Shown here: piece by piece, positions 62,191-64,000 of the stretch
Numbering within the stretch: position 1 is the stretch's first letter
How the letters are laid out: each line of letters opens with the position of its first letter
NCBI RefSeq assembly: GCF_006345805.1
Contig: NW_021835960.1
Span: 1-64,000, forward strand
Direction of reading: 5' to 3'
Length of the DNA: 64,000 nt
Source: Octopus sinensis
Taxonomy: Eukaryota
Translations under genes and position numbers: made by a program
Notes under the pieces: generated by a model
What the model was told of the DNA's origin: nothing
The model's database searches: none
Seen by the model: the letters and a program-made list of their open reading frames with translations, nothing else

Positions 62191-62494
62191 CTTCTCATTC
62201 TTTACATTGTAAGATTGCCTGCAACAGCAGTAGTGTCAAGCTGTACCAGCCCTTGCCTTTCCTTTGAATGTTCTTTAGGTGAGGTGGCATGGAGGGAGGA
62301 GATACTTGTTGCATGAGCAACTGCAGGTCTTCTATAAAATAGAAAAAGGCCTTGACAAGACCTGCACACTGATAGAGAGTGGGGACATTTTAGGTCCAGA
62401 TATATGGTGAACACTGGTCAGCAGAGGTATTGAATATGATCCTATATCTCCACTGTGTTTTCAATAGACTCTAGGATATATCTCTTTCATCTCT

Positions 62495-62811
62495 TTTACA
62501 AGTTTCAGTCATTAGACTGTGGCCATGCTGGGGCATAGCCTTGAATTTTTTTTTGTTTTTTTAGTTGAATGAAATGACCCTTGTACATGTTTATTTTTTA
62601 TGAAAGTTTTGTACTTATTTTATCGGTCTCTTTGCTGAACTGCTAAGTTATGGGTATGTGGACACACACCAACACCAGTTATCAAGCAGTGGTGGGGGAC
62701 AAAGTCACATAGGCACACACAGCAGGACTGAACCCTGAGCCATGTGCTCAGGAAGCAAATTTCACACACACGCACACTCTCACACATGCATGCACACACA
62801 CACACTTTCAC

Positions 62812-62849
<38 letters not shown>

Positions 62850-63075
62850 ACATGCACACACACTCTCATACACATGCACATATGCCCACACACACACTCT
62901 CTCACACACATGCACACACATACACGACAGGCTTCTTTCAGCTTCTATCTACCAAATCCACTCACAACGCTTTGGTCAGCCCGAGGTTATAGAAAAAGAC
63001 ACTTGCCCAAGGTGCCACACAGTGGCACTAAACCCGGAGCCATGTGGTCAGGAAGCAAACTTCTTACTGCACAGT
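62495..63075 (-). mobile_element. SINE family A with expanded internal (CA)n
   Basis: Shared tail 62495-62760, CA-rich tract, head 62925-63075. Confidence 0.8.
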
Positions 63076-63699
63076 CACGTGAGATTTAGTTGCTGTTTCT
63101 AGTAGGTTGATCAACCCGCTTTGAGGCTCTTTTACCTAATAGTATATTCTGTTTATAAATAGTGCAGAAAATTTGAAGGTATACAAAAACAAGGCAACGC
63201 TGTGTTAGTAGCACACACTGAATATTCATACCTGTTTAAAATGGTTTCAATATCCAGTCTCTGTATATGGGTATCCCATGTGTGTGCGTGACTGAGTATG
63301 TGAAGGATATCCAATCTCCAACTTGTAATTTAATTCAGCTAGAGGTGCTGTGTGCAATTTTCGTTTGTCTGATTAGTTTCTTACTTATTTGTAACAGCCT
63401 AGGTGTGTGCAATTGTAGTCTTGAATGAATATTAAATAGCTGCTGTTTGCATTATTTGAACGAGGTGTTCACAAGTGCAGATGGAGTAGGAAGGAGATGG
63501 AGAGATAAATTTCGCACTTGCTACAGCAGAAGCACAACACAATCATTAATTAGGTAGACCTAAATTTAGTAGTAATATGCAAATATAATGAAGGAATCGC
63601 TATATAGCTGGTTGAATTATTATAAATAGCAGCCAGATTTCTCTCAAATCAACCTGTACTGTCATATAAAAAAAAAGAAAGAAAAAAAAAAGATATTGG

Positions 63700-64000
63700 T
63701 ATACAAATAGCTGTGTAGTAAGAAATTTGTTTCCCAACTATATGGTTCTGGGTTCAGTCCCACTGTGTGGCATTTTGAGCAAGTGTCTTCTAATATAGCC
63801 CCAGGCCAACCAATGCCTTGTGAATGGATTTGGTTGTTAGAAACTGAAAGAAGCCTCTCATGTATGTTTATATCTATCTGTGTATGTTTGTGTTTGCCCC
63901 TCACTACTGGTGTTGGTTTGTTTATGTCCTTGTGACTTAGTGGTTCAACAAAAAAGACCGTTACAACTGAGTACCAAGCTTTTAAAAAAATACAAGAAGT
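63700..64000 (+). mobile_element. SINE family A (runs off the window end)
   Basis: gctgtgtagtaagaaatttg...gggttcagtcccactgtgtggcattttgagcaagtgtc. Confidence 0.85.

Overview
AT-rich, repeat-dense eukaryotic genomic DNA. The repeat landscape resembles an octopod cephalopod (Octopus sp.); this is an inference from SINE sequences and microsatellite load, not a database result. No multi-exon protein-coding gene can be identified with confidence. Most ORFs in the track are microsatellite or SINE read-throughs, and the only clearly protein-derived ORF (26538..26948) is the 3' end of an RTE-class LINE. The window contains many copies of at least four tRNA-derived SINE families, RTE and CR1 LINE fragments, non-autonomous Helitrons with canonical A|TC...CTAG|T ends, piggyBac-, mariner- and 8-bp-TSD MITEs, a 5S rRNA pseudogene, and scattered candidate short exons. 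The most striking observation is at 57.7-59.7 kb. Two unrelated head-to-head fold-back elements each carry a minimal type I hammerhead ribozyme motif of the kind found in Penelope-like elements. One of them is fused to a tRNA-derived Pol III head, giving a SINE/retrozyme-like unit. Other leads are two miRNA-like hairpins, a short GC3-rich reading frame of possibly foreign origin, and a possible string of microexons.
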